From: a virus
Direction: 5' to 3' (one strand)
DNA: 64,000 nt
Virus record (IMG/VR): IMGVR_UViG_3300011113_000238
Span: 1-64,000 of that record
Positions 47,049 through 56,061 of this stretch are shown piece after piece; position 1 is the first letter of the stretch, and every line of letters begins with the position of its first letter. Position numbers and translations under genes: made by a program. The notes under the pieces are model-generated. The model was not told where the DNA came from. It ran no database searches and worked only from the letters and a program-made list of their open reading frames with translations.

Positions 47049-47552
47049 TTATTTCTGGGTTGATGCTGCAATAGCATTTCGTATTGTATCATAACCTAAG
47101 CTACGATCTAGGATTTTAGCTGAGAATAGTTTCAAGCGTTCAGTGCCGTTACTACCTGATGCACTACCTAGTTCCTTCAGGACAACACCTTGTTGTTGAG
47201 CGTTCAGTTTCTTGAAGTCCGTCTTTACTCGTTTAAGCCAGCCATCATGTCGGTAGCGAGTATCGGGCTTGCACTCCAAGAAATCAGCAGTGTTGCGGAG
47301 AGCATCTGACAGCGTACCCTCGTACCACCACCCAAGGCACCGTTTCCACGCTCTTTCGATGATACCAATGAATGAATTAGCTTGTCGATGGAGTACTGCG
47401 CGGACTAGATTCGTGTCATCGTGAGCATGATCAAGTACAGCATCCTTGGTTGTAATCTTAACCTTACTAATCGGACAGATATAATCTTGTTCTTTTAGTA
47501 GCTCATCTCGTACTCGCTTTTTATCTGCGGCGTTGTATAAATCAATTGTCAT
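47049..47552 (-). CDS. Endonuclease VII-like protein
   Basis: CPIS...AVLDHAHD...VRAVLHRQAN..IG; start MTIDLY at 47552. Confidence 0.8.
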   Translation of the reverse strand: MTIDLYNAADKKRVRDELLKEQDYICPISKVKITTKDAVLDHAHDDTNLVRAVLHRQANSFIGIIERAWKRCLGWWYEGTLSDALRNTADFLECKPDTRYRHDGWLKRVKTDFKKLNAQQQGVVLKELGSASGSNGTERLKLFSAKILDRSLGYDTIRNAIAASTQK

Positions 47553-47727
47553 AGCCGCTGTAATTGTAGTTGTATCGCACATTCTCAAGCTCACCTCTAG
47601 CGTACAGAAGTTCATCACGAATATGCGCCATATCATTTTCAAGCTGCTCTACACTAGCTTCAGCTTTAATTGCCCTCTGCTGCCAGTATACCAGTTCAGC
47701 TTCGGTGTTACCTGTTGGTTCTTTCAT
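47542..47727 (-). CDS. Small coiled-coil hypothetical protein
   Basis: AGGAGG RBS; heptad pattern. Confidence 0.65.
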   Translation of the reverse strand: MKEPTGNTEAELVYWQQRAIKAEASVEQLENDMAHIRDELLYARGELENVRYNYNYSGYDN

Positions 47728-47736
47728 AGCACCTCC

Positions 47737-48714
47737 TTATAAAGTTACATCGTATTTACTGCAGAACTTCTCAAAGTTCAGATCATCATTAACCTTTGAT
47801 TTCATCCTGCAAGCCTTGAAGTACAAATCCAAAAGGTACTTGTAGTTTGCAGTAATCTCTGCACCGTTCCATGCTGTATATTTAAAATCATCCATTCCGT
47901 ACCAAGTCACGTACTGCTTGATTACAGCTTGCAATGCTTCGCGTTCGTTCTTGCAGTTCTTCAGGAGGTTATATGCACTCTTCTCACCGAAGCGAACTCC
48001 TGCAAGCTCATACGGGCAATACCCATCGCTTCTGTCACCCATTGCGTGTTGCATGCAATACCAGATGAAACCTTCTCCCACTACTTTCTTCTTGTCACCT
48101 TCAATCCGAAGCTCACCAAAGTCAGGTACTGTAAAAGTATCAGTAGTAGTTCCTGTGTAATCCCAGAGCGCTAAACCTGAATAAGCTCGACTATCCTTTT
48201 CATAAGAGCCTAGGATCACGTTATAGCCTTTTTCAAGGTACTCGTAGCCTTTGTACACGATAGCATCATCAGGCTCCTCTCCGTGTGTTCTGATGGCTCC
48301 TAGCTTGTGCATGTAATCCTTAGCAGCTTTTAACAGCAGAGGTTTAATCATATCATCTCGATTGGACTTATACCGAGTAGGTAACGGAAGGTCTGACCGG
48401 AAGTTACCATCACCTGAGATATAAATCAAGGCTTCATCGGGAGAGTGAACTTCGTTCATCCACTTTAGTTTATTCTTGATGATCTTCTGTAGACTTGCTA
48501 CATTTGCATTCTCTTGCAAGTCCTTGAAGGTGTAATCCTCAGCGACATAAGGGAACGCTTTCTTCTCTAGGAACTCCTTGAACTCCGTGCGGTTCTTCAC
48601 GAGTTTCTTGCGGTTACTCCTAACGTGCGTTACCTCCACGCTTCGATCTTCGCAGACTGCAGCAGCGGAGAATGCTATCGTATCTGCATCAACGATTAAT
48701 ATTTTCTTAGGCAT
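47737..48714 (-). CDS. 5'-3' exonuclease (T7 gp6/FEN-like)
   Basis: VDAD, NFR, YKSNR, EPDD, KD, GDRSDGY, GEKSA. Confidence 0.88.
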   Translation of the reverse strand: MPKKILIVDADTIAFSAAAVCEDRSVEVTHVRSNRKKLVKNRTEFKEFLEKKAFPYVAEDYTFKDLQENANVASLQKIIKNKLKWMNEVHSPDEALIYISGDGNFRSDLPLPTRYKSNRDDMIKPLLLKAAKDYMHKLGAIRTHGEEPDDAIVYKGYEYLEKGYNVILGSYEKDSRAYSGLALWDYTGTTTDTFTVPDFGELRIEGDKKKVVGEGFIWYCMQHAMGDRSDGYCPYELAGVRFGEKSAYNLLKNCKNEREALQAVIKQYVTWYGMDDFKYTAWNGAEITANYKYLLDLYFKACRMKSKVNDDLNFEKFCSKYDVTL

Positions 48715-48761
48715 GTTCCTCCTATAAACAAATAAGCCTCAGCTTTCGCTGAGGCCTTACG

Positions 48762-48980
48762 TTAGCTCTTAATGCTTACCTCAAACTTCAGGATTAGCAG
48801 CAATACCAGCACTGCACACCATTCTTTAAATCCGTAGGTAACTGCTGATTCAAACAGGATGTTGGTCATTGCAATCACCAGTAAAGGTGTAATTGCTACT
48901 CCGATTACAACAGAGAGTACAGCAAAGATACTTGGAAGTACTTTCATAATTCGATTGAACGTAATTTCCTTCATTATCAA
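48762..48980 (-). CDS. Small membrane protein
   Basis: Two hydrophobic helices. Confidence 0.55.
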   Translation of the reverse strand: MIMKEITFNRIMKVLPSIFAVLSVVIGVAITPLLVIAMTNILFESAVTYGFKEWCAVLVLLLILKFEVSIKS

Positions 48981-49228
48981 CCTTGTAGTTCTTCGATCAG
49001 GTCCAGCGTATCCTGAGCTTTGCTTTCTACGTTACCCAGCTTGTCACGAGCCTTAGCTTTAGCCAGAGCAGCAACTGCAGAGAACTTCAGATCGGATTCA
49101 TCGGCTTCTTCCTTCAAAGCCTTTGCGTCTTCTTCAAGCAGAGCAATCTCTGTGTAGATAGGTACGAGTTTGTCGAACAGTTCCTTGTTGGTCATAGGAG
49201 CGGAGGGAGTTGTATTTTCAGTAGTCAT
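48977..49228 (-). CDS. Small DNA-binding protein, GapR/T4 DsbA-like
   Basis: EIALLEEDAKALKEEA helical pattern; strong RBS. Confidence 0.45.
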   Translation of the reverse strand: MTTENTTPSAPMTNKELFDKLVPIYTEIALLEEDAKALKEEADESDLKFSAVAALAKAKARDKLGNVESKAQDTLDLIEELQG

Positions 49229-49276
49229 GTGTATTCCTTTATGTTAGTAGGTTAATTATGCGTGATTGAGTATGGG

Positions 49277-49630
49277 TTAACGCCACTCAATCTTTTGGAC
49301 TGGTGTAGGATTCACGAAGTCAAAACCTTCGTAAGTACTACCGTCAAAACTTTGGTAATAACCATCGAACTTTACATGAACGCTAACATCACCAGCTGTG
49401 AATATGTAGACGCTCCAATATTCGCTACCCATGTCTTCACCACCGTAGTTATCTTCGTGCTTGAAGCTGATACCTGCAATGGACAGTTCATTGCGGAATT
49501 CTGTAATTTCGTCAGAATCCCACTGACTATAGCCGTCGCGCATTTCACTATTGAAGAAGTGGCGCTCAACGTCACGACCGGCAGCATTCAGCAAATCCGA
49601 TACCTTGGATTGCAACTCTTGTTTGTTCAT
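49277..49630 (-). CDS. Hypothetical protein
   Basis: YGGEDMGSEYW...GYYQSFDG; AGGAG RBS. Confidence 0.7.
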   Translation of the reverse strand: MNKQELQSKVSDLLNAAGRDVERHFFNSEMRDGYSQWDSDEITEFRNELSIAGISFKHEDNYGGEDMGSEYWSVYIFTAGDVSVHVKFDGYYQSFDGSTYEGFDFVNPTPVQKIEWR

Positions 49631-49698
49631 ATTTACTCCTTTTTTAAAGCAGCATTAAGCACTGCTCGAATTGGCGATATTGCCGACTAACCATCTGA

Positions 49699-50523
49699 TT
49701 ATACACCAAGTAACTTTTGTTTTACTTGCTGAATCTTACTTTCGTTGTAATTCTGCACTAGCTCAGGATAATGGTCAATACTGTAATTGCGAAAATAACC
49801 ACTGCACAGCGTAGTGCAAATCTTACCCAGTGCTTTTAAGTACGCTAACTTCATTGGGTAATCCCAGTTATTACGAACTAGAAAACGCTCTGTTGCAATT
49901 ACATACGCTTCCTCCTGAATGCACTTTAGCTTGTCATCGTGCGATAGCAACAGCCACTTATCTTTCTCGCACCATGCGTTACCTTCTTGACGCAGAAGCT
50001 GAGTATACAGCGGTTTGTCGTAGTGCGCGTACAGCTCATGCAAATAGTCATGGTCATATACCTTACTCACAGCATCATCAAAGAACGCTTCTTTATTCTG
50101 CATCAGGTTAGGATTAGCTTGCGGGTATAACTTCATGGTCATCTCTGTGCGTTGCTGCAGTAGGCGTTCATCTTCGGGTGTGTACCAGTTGGTGAACTTC
50201 GCAAGGTGATGGTGATACATTGCAATATGACGATCAAATTTCATGTCACGCCACAAGTGACTGCGCTTAATAATGCAAAGACCTCTAGGTTGTACCACAT
50301 AAACCTTTTGCCCACCGATTTCTACGGTAGCATCTTCCTGAGTAAACCGAGAGAACTCTTCGTTATTTAGTAACCACGGATCGTGATATTCAATATTAAC
50401 ATTAGGTACTTCTTGGAATGTGCCGGCGTGGTTTGTGATTACGTCCCAGTCTGTGCTTTCTTTAATTTGCACGGACGGAAACCAGAAGTTTAGCGCTCGT
50501 GATCCGATTAGTAAATTCTTCAA
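49699..50523 (-). CDS. Protein with N-terminal nucleotidyltransferase-like motif
   Basis: LLIGSRAL...TDWDV resembles hG[GS]x(n)DxD; also IKRSH and YDHDYLHE; TTG start with GGAGG RBS. Confidence 0.6.
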   Translation of the reverse strand: MKNLLIGSRALNFWFPSVQIKESTDWDVITNHAGTFQEVPNVNIEYHDPWLLNNEEFSRFTQEDATVEIGGQKVYVVQPRGLCIIKRSHLWRDMKFDRHIAMYHHHLAKFTNWYTPEDERLLQQRTEMTMKLYPQANPNLMQNKEAFFDDAVSKVYDHDYLHELYAHYDKPLYTQLLRQEGNAWCEKDKWLLLSHDDKLKCIQEEAYVIATERFLVRNNWDYPMKLAYLKALGKICTTLCSGYFRNYSIDHYPELVQNYNESKIQQVKQKLLGV

Positions 50524-50543
50524 AAGACCTCCTGTTAATTGAA

Positions 50544-51352
50544 GATGGTGAGGTGCCCTTACGTTTGCATTGAGAGCCTATTGCTGCAGTAAACCTGTTA
50601 GCTGCAACCCGCTATTTCAAACACCACGAGTCATATTGTCGAACCTGTTTCACTACAGGTACTCTTGCGCATTTTACGCGCATTCACCATCAAGTCTGCA
50701 CACTATAGATCAAACTGTTAGCGCTAACATAGTCCCTCATTCAAGATGCCTCTCGTTTGGTGCGGGCTTCGCTACAGTATGCAGACTTGATAGTTGATGG
50801 TGGTCATACCGTCCTGACCGTGGGTACCCTGAAGGGCACCGAGGATTTGAACCTCTATTTACGCCACTGCACCATCAAGTATGAACCCTCTGCATTCCTA
50901 TTCGTAAACTTGCGCTTTAGGCCGTTCCATCTTTCGGATCGTGAGTTCATACTTGATAGTAGCACCTTACGGGTGCTATTCGCCGAGCGTCATATCCAGA
51001 AGAACCCCGCAGCGGAAGGCCGTTTAATACTTGAATTATACCATCATCAAAGCACCGATGGGACTTGAACCCACATACTTTTCGCGCTCTACCTTATCTA
51101 TAGTTGATAGAGAACAACTGGTCGCACCGCTTAACCTCACGATGCTTTGATGATAGAAATTATACCATAAGTAGTTGCACTAGGTTAGCAGAGACACAAC
51201 TCTTTTAAAGAAACTTATTTATCCAACAGTTACCCATTGCTTTTGTTCCTTGGCTTTTGCCTTCAGCGCTCCGATGTTTAACGCCAGTTTCCCAGCCGCT
51301 GCACTTATTAGTACCTACCAGCGGAATTGTACCTAATGCAACTACTTATGGT
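50544..51352 (-). ncRNA. Array of long-stemmed structured RNAs, some tRNA-like
   Basis: Four 17-23 bp closing stems whose non-Watson-Crick pairs are all G-U on the minus strand; two T-arm motifs; no convincing ORF. Confidence 0.7.
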
Positions 51353-51424
51353 GCGAGTGGAGAGATTCAAACTCCCGACCGATGGTATAGAAGACCACAG
51401 CTCTGTTCCCTGAGCTACACTCGC
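51349..51424 (-). tRNA. trnR: tRNA-Arg(UCU)
   Basis: GCGAGTG/CACTCGC acceptor, GCTC/GAGC D arm, anticodon loop CT-TCT-AT, variant T loop TTTGAAT, encoded ACCA; 76 nt. Confidence 0.9.
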
Positions 51425-51512
51425 CAATGCTGGTTACGTAATCCAGCGTTGCTATTTAGGTTGCAACCGTAAGACCTTCTAGCTTAGGAGTACTAGAGTT
51501 CTAGATTATACA

Positions 51513-52184
51513 TCAGAATGGTGCGTCAAGGTCTTCTTCATCAACAGGAGGCTTCGCCTTAGCTGCAGTTTTAGCTGGAGTAGCCTTCTTAGGTGCTTCC
51601 TTGGTTTCTTCCTTAGCCGCACCCTTCAGATACTTTGCGTACTTGTCAGACACGTCAACCTCTTCGCGCTCTTCCTTGACGTATTCAATCAAGTCCAGCA
51701 CTACGACTTCACCGAGGCTCAACTGCATGCTACCGTTGGTGCGCTCCCACTGCTCAATACCCAGAACACCCTTGCTACCGTTAGCAATCAGCTTGGTGTG
51801 CGTAATATCCTTGAGAGTGCCACCCACTACTTCATAGGCTTTTGGCTCATGCTGTGGTAGGATCGGACGACCTGTCTTACCCATTTCGCTGGATTTACGG
51901 AAGGTCAACACCCACACGTTCTTCCCAGCGTCATCAGGGGCAGGGCACTTGTAGATACCTTCAAACTCTGCAGCTTTTACTTTCTTGATGCTTGGTTTGG
52001 CGTCAACCTTGGTGCACCATGCTTCAAATTCATCCACCCAGTCTTCGTCTGTTACGACGACACTGGCTTTGAATTCATCAGGCTTAGGGTCGGTGCCGGG
52101 TTTTTGAAAAGCTTTTACAGGTTTATCAATCTGGACGTAAACCAGAGTACCTTCAACTTCTTTAAATTGTTCGTTTTGTGCCAT
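51513..52184 (-). CDS. Single-stranded DNA-binding protein (T7 gp2.5-like)
   Basis: LIANGSKG motif, acidic tail DEEDLDAPF, replication context. Confidence 0.75.
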   Translation of the reverse strand: MAQNEQFKEVEGTLVYVQIDKPVKAFQKPGTDPKPDEFKASVVVTDEDWVDEFEAWCTKVDAKPSIKKVKAAEFEGIYKCPAPDDAGKNVWVLTFRKSSEMGKTGRPILPQHEPKAYEVVGGTLKDITHTKLIANGSKGVLGIEQWERTNGSMQLSLGEVVVLDLIEYVKEEREEVDVSDKYAKYLKGAAKEETKEAPKKATPAKTAAKAKPPVDEEDLDAPF

Positions 52185-52298
52185 GTTAGTGTTCCTTCTC
52201 GTGTTATGTTAGTAAGTTTTGGTAGTGTTGAGCAGTCTACCAACTGCATGAATCAATAGCTTGATCTGCTAAGTGAAACTGAATTATAGCACAGAAAC

Positions 52299-52718
52299 TT
52301 AAGCAGTTTCAAACTTTTTCTTCAGTTCCAAGTATTTTTGATACTCAGGATCGTTTTGGCGTTGCAACTCTTGTTGTTCTGCTAGCAGACTCTGAAAGAT
52401 TTCTTCTGCAACTAGCATCAAGTGCTGCGAGGTAAACCTACCACGTTGATTAGCGTACTTGCTGTACTTGAATAGAACTTTAGATACAGTTTTCAGTGTG
52501 ATTTCCGGTTCTACTTTTCGCTTAGTCTTGATGCGGTAAGAATGGTGGTTGGAAGGAAAGTTGAGTTCACGGTTGTCATTTTCCCACATAGCCCAGACTT
52601 TATACACCACAGGGGAAGTCCCTGCGTATTCTTCAATCTTAGTAACAACCCCTGTATCCCCAACCTTACCGTCTGGACTGCTTTCTTCGACGATATCACC
52701 TACTTCGTAATTTGGCAT
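52299..52718 (-). CDS. Hypothetical protein
   Basis: AAGGA RBS; ends DPEYQKYLELKKKFE. Confidence 0.65.
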   Translation of the reverse strand: MPNYEVGDIVEESSPDGKVGDTGVVTKIEEYAGTSPVVYKVWAMWENDNRELNFPSNHHSYRIKTKRKVEPEITLKTVSKVLFKYSKYANQRGRFTSQHLMLVAEEIFQSLLAEQQELQRQNDPEYQKYLELKKKFETA

Positions 52719-52775
52719 ATTATCCTTTCTGTATGCGGCAGCATTGGGAAGCTGCCTTTCGTTTGTAAGAAGACT

Positions 52776-54980
52776 CTATTGTAGCACAGGTTGAGGGACT
52801 TTTGCAGGAACTAGCAATTTTTCTGCTTCATTCACGTAGTATTCAAAATCAATGTCACCATCAAAGTCCAGCATGTTGTTGCATGTCTTGATGTTCCACG
52901 CTGTATCAATCCCTAACCTGCGGAAATCCTCAGAACCTTCCAGTGGTTTCATAATCTTGACTAGCTTACCACCGCTCTTACTAGGATAGTACCGGCAGAT
53001 TCGCTGCTGTTCAACATCATGAGTGCTTCCATCTTCGTTAGTGTACTCCAAAACCAGCTTTGAACTACGATCAACCTTAGTTCTGAGCATGAAATCCATA
53101 ATGTCAATCTTGGAGTGCTCTTCAATGAACTGTCGAATGTCCTTACCATGCACCATAGCAGCCTCTACAGCCTTCTGTACGACTAGAGCGGACTGATTCT
53201 GATGCCACCCTAGCTTCTCGTACTGATAAGCTCCCTTGCGCTTAACATCACCGTTCGTATAAACAGCGTAGTAATTATTTACGTCGCGGATGTACATCTT
53301 ACTGTAATCGACAAACTCAAGGTCAAGTCCTACATCCTTTTGCCATTGATTGCAGACTGCGTTGTATTGATCTTCCGTTTCACGCAGCATGGCGACTGTC
53401 AGACCGTCCGTATTCAACTGAACTAATCTCAGACCTTCAATCTGCAGAAGTCTATCGGCCAGCATGAGCAAGGACAACTGACCATTCAGTGTAATCTGCA
53501 TAGTGAACTTAGGATCATAAAACACGGAATACTTGTCGTTGCTCTTACCATACGTACCATTGAGTGCAAGTTTCAACATTGCATTCTCGGCTGATTTCTT
53601 ATCGTAGGATTTACGTTGTAAGTACATATCCTTGTAAATATCGCAGAACGTATCCCCAAGGTGCTCAGGGTAGATTCGATTTGCAATAGCAATGTTGGGG
53701 TACATTGAACTTACATCTGCATCGCGCACCATATATCGCTTAGTTTCACTAACCACTTTATCCGACAGACTGGCATGTACACCACCTACACCGAAGTCAA
53801 TCCTGTAACCATCCACCAGTACATTCAAAGTAGTAGCCTGACGATGCATTCCCCAGTAGGATTTCTTAGGTACTCGCATCTTCTTCTGTTTCTTGGTGAA
53901 GTCCGGTTGACCGTCAGCATCCAATGGATACTGCATCACATGATTACCTTCTGCGTCAAACAGATATTCTGTAGCCTTGAGTTCTTCAGTTTCGATCCAA
54001 CCAAGAGGATACTGCTTCATGAATTCTGCAATGTCTTCCTCAGTGGGTTTAGTCTTGAACCGCTGCTTCTTAACTTCCATTTCAGCGTATTGAGCAACTG
54101 AACCAAGATCATGTTCTTCAATATCGGAGAACACACCTTTTGTTTCAGTTAGTAATTGCTTACCAAACCATTCGTAGATAGCTTGAAACTCAGGTCGAGA
54201 GAAGGAATAGTAATTGAATAAGCAATCCTTGACTACAATCTTAGGTCGATGTGTCTGGTTCATCTGTCGCTTGCCGTTGCGGTGAGAGTACAGCTTTACA
54301 CCGGCTTTCTCAAGTTCCATCTGAAAGTATTCCGCGCCGATCTTTGTATCATCAGCGTTAGTAAAGTCACGACCAAGTTTAATACTCAACTTATCTCGGA
54401 AGTCAATCTGAGATTCTGATACGAAGTAAAACTGCCGTGTGCATTCTACATCATGCTCGTTGTACTGTTTAATCTTGTCGATGTGTTCTGCAGTAAGCTC
54501 CTGATGAATATCGTAAGGTAAATCCTCGATATTGTTCATACGCATATTGAATTCGATCATCTTAAGGCCAGTAGAACGAGCCTTGTTATTAAAGTGCCAG
54601 ATGCGGTAAAGGTCAACTTGTTTGACGTACTCATCAGCAGTCTTTACGGTGTTGCCGAAACCATCCTTGAAAGAATCAATCTGATCCTGAGCCATGCGGA
54701 AAACCCTACGAGCAATCTTCTTACCATCTGTAGGTAACTTACCACGTAGCTTCAGAATCTCGTGCATGATGGGGTAGTCGAAACCCTTGGAGTTGAACCC
54801 GACCATGCGGAAGTCGTTATCGTGCAAGTAGTCCATGCAGGCGAAAATACGGTCGATCTGATTCATTCGGAAAGAGCACTCAAAGGTCTGTTTGAATTTA
54901 CCGTCTGCTCGGACAATGCTGAATGTAAATGCATCCTTGAATGTCTCAATGTCGTAGATAAAATCCCTTGTGTAATCCAT
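52776..54980 (-). CDS. DNA polymerase family B
   Basis: Exonuclease motifs YDIET, GFNSKGFD and YNEHDV; polymerase motifs DVSSMYP, KLALNGTYG and NTDG. Confidence 0.93.
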   Translation of the reverse strand: MDYTRDFIYDIETFKDAFTFSIVRADGKFKQTFECSFRMNQIDRIFACMDYLHDNDFRMVGFNSKGFDYPIMHEILKLRGKLPTDGKKIARRVFRMAQDQIDSFKDGFGNTVKTADEYVKQVDLYRIWHFNNKARSTGLKMIEFNMRMNNIEDLPYDIHQELTAEHIDKIKQYNEHDVECTRQFYFVSESQIDFRDKLSIKLGRDFTNADDTKIGAEYFQMELEKAGVKLYSHRNGKRQMNQTHRPKIVVKDCLFNYYSFSRPEFQAIYEWFGKQLLTETKGVFSDIEEHDLGSVAQYAEMEVKKQRFKTKPTEEDIAEFMKQYPLGWIETEELKATEYLFDAEGNHVMQYPLDADGQPDFTKKQKKMRVPKKSYWGMHRQATTLNVLVDGYRIDFGVGGVHASLSDKVVSETKRYMVRDADVSSMYPNIAIANRIYPEHLGDTFCDIYKDMYLQRKSYDKKSAENAMLKLALNGTYGKSNDKYSVFYDPKFTMQITLNGQLSLLMLADRLLQIEGLRLVQLNTDGLTVAMLRETEDQYNAVCNQWQKDVGLDLEFVDYSKMYIRDVNNYYAVYTNGDVKRKGAYQYEKLGWHQNQSALVVQKAVEAAMVHGKDIRQFIEEHSKIDIMDFMLRTKVDRSSKLVLEYTNEDGSTHDVEQQRICRYYPSKSGGKLVKIMKPLEGSEDFRRLGIDTAWNIKTCNNMLDFDGDIDFEYYVNEAEKLLVPAKVPQPVLQ

Positions 54981-55079
54981 GCGTTCTCCAAAAGTAAAAG
55001 TCCAGAAGTACTAGAGTATAGCACATTCTGGACTGTTGTTCATAGAACCTGCAAAATTCTGGGCAGGTATTGTTGAAGG

Positions 55080-55991
55080 TTACGTTCCATGTCGCTCAGT
55101 GTAACCAGCACCTTGTTCGTTCACCTTCTTGATGAGTGCATCTCGACACTCTATGGCCATCCTGAGAGCTTCATCGTCGCCGTATTTTACACAAGAAAAT
55201 CCCCGTACAGTTTTGACGCGATTAACACCAACTGCCACAGTGTATCTTCTAATCAGAGTACCACGTTGGTTAAACCCTTCGTAATACGAAATCATACTAT
55301 GACCGGTTGTATTATTTTTGTTTTTACTTCTATTTCTCCCATTCAACTCAGGTATCACTACTCTTAAATTCTCAATTCTATTGTCATTGCGAATTCCATT
55401 AATGTGATCAATCCACAAACCTTCTGGTATTTTACCATAATTAAAGAACCACACTAACCGATGTACTTTGTAATGATTACCGAAACCGTGGATTTTCCAA
55501 TATCCATCAGAAATGTCAAGTGAACCAGCTACATCTCCTTTTTGAACTTTTGAACCATGTGATGTTTTACCTTTCCATCTGAGACAACTCGGACTAGTTT
55601 CATCGTATTCCAGATAAAGTTTTAACTTGTTGCAATATTTTTCAGGAAGGTCTGTTAAGTCCTCTCGTAGTTTCAGATTGGTTAATTTAGCATTTGTACA
55701 ATCTCCGTCTTCAAAAACTAAACTATAACCATCAGGTATCGTACCGTTATGTAGCATCCATATAATCTTCGGAATACTGTACGCGCTTTTCTGATAATTG
55801 AGAACAAGAAATCCATCATAACTTATTCCACCTGCTTGTCCATTATTTCTTCTGGGCACTAATTTACCACCGTTACCTACTCTCATGTGCTTCCAGCGTA
55901 AACAGGTTAGAGACGTTTCATCGTAAACGAATAATCCATGAATATCTAACTGGTCTAGTTTGTCGTGCGCTTTTCTGATGCGTTCTAACAT
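55080..55991 (-). CDS. HNH homing endonuclease with duplicated HNH module
   Basis: Two YDETS..CLRWK units; second intact (VHRLVW...IDHINGIRNDNRIENL), first degenerate. Confidence 0.85.
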   Translation of the reverse strand: MLERIRKAHDKLDQLDIHGLFVYDETSLTCLRWKHMRVGNGGKLVPRRNNGQAGGISYDGFLVLNYQKSAYSIPKIIWMLHNGTIPDGYSLVFEDGDCTNAKLTNLKLREDLTDLPEKYCNKLKLYLEYDETSPSCLRWKGKTSHGSKVQKGDVAGSLDISDGYWKIHGFGNHYKVHRLVWFFNYGKIPEGLWIDHINGIRNDNRIENLRVVIPELNGRNRSKNKNNTTGHSMISYYEGFNQRGTLIRRYTVAVGVNRVKTVRGFSCVKYGDDEALRMAIECRDALIKKVNEQGAGYTERHGT

Positions 55992-56046
55992 ATTACTCCA
56001 TTGTTGTAGTTAAGTAATCTTTATTTTACCACAACAACAGAGTAAT
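55992..56046 (-). promoter_or_regulatory. RBS-sequestering hairpin with internal extended -10 promoter
   Basis: 19-bp stem covering the GGAG directly before the ATG; TGGTAAAAT at the stem-loop junction. Confidence 0.7.
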
Positions 56047-56061
56047 TTCAATAGCTAATTA

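Noticed and set aside
50544-51352. CRISPR or TIGR-type array interpretation of the hairpin region
   Set aside because: No identical direct repeats, unit lengths vary widely, and no cas or Nop-domain gene was recognised.
50570-51472. Plus-strand ORFs across the RNA array and tRNA
   Set aside because: They oppose local transcription, lack RBS, overlap the tRNA and have non-protein-like composition.
43772-54980. Z-genome or deazaguanine modification system
   Set aside because: No purZ, dpdA or que-like genes in the window; the hydrolases alone are not sufficient evidence.
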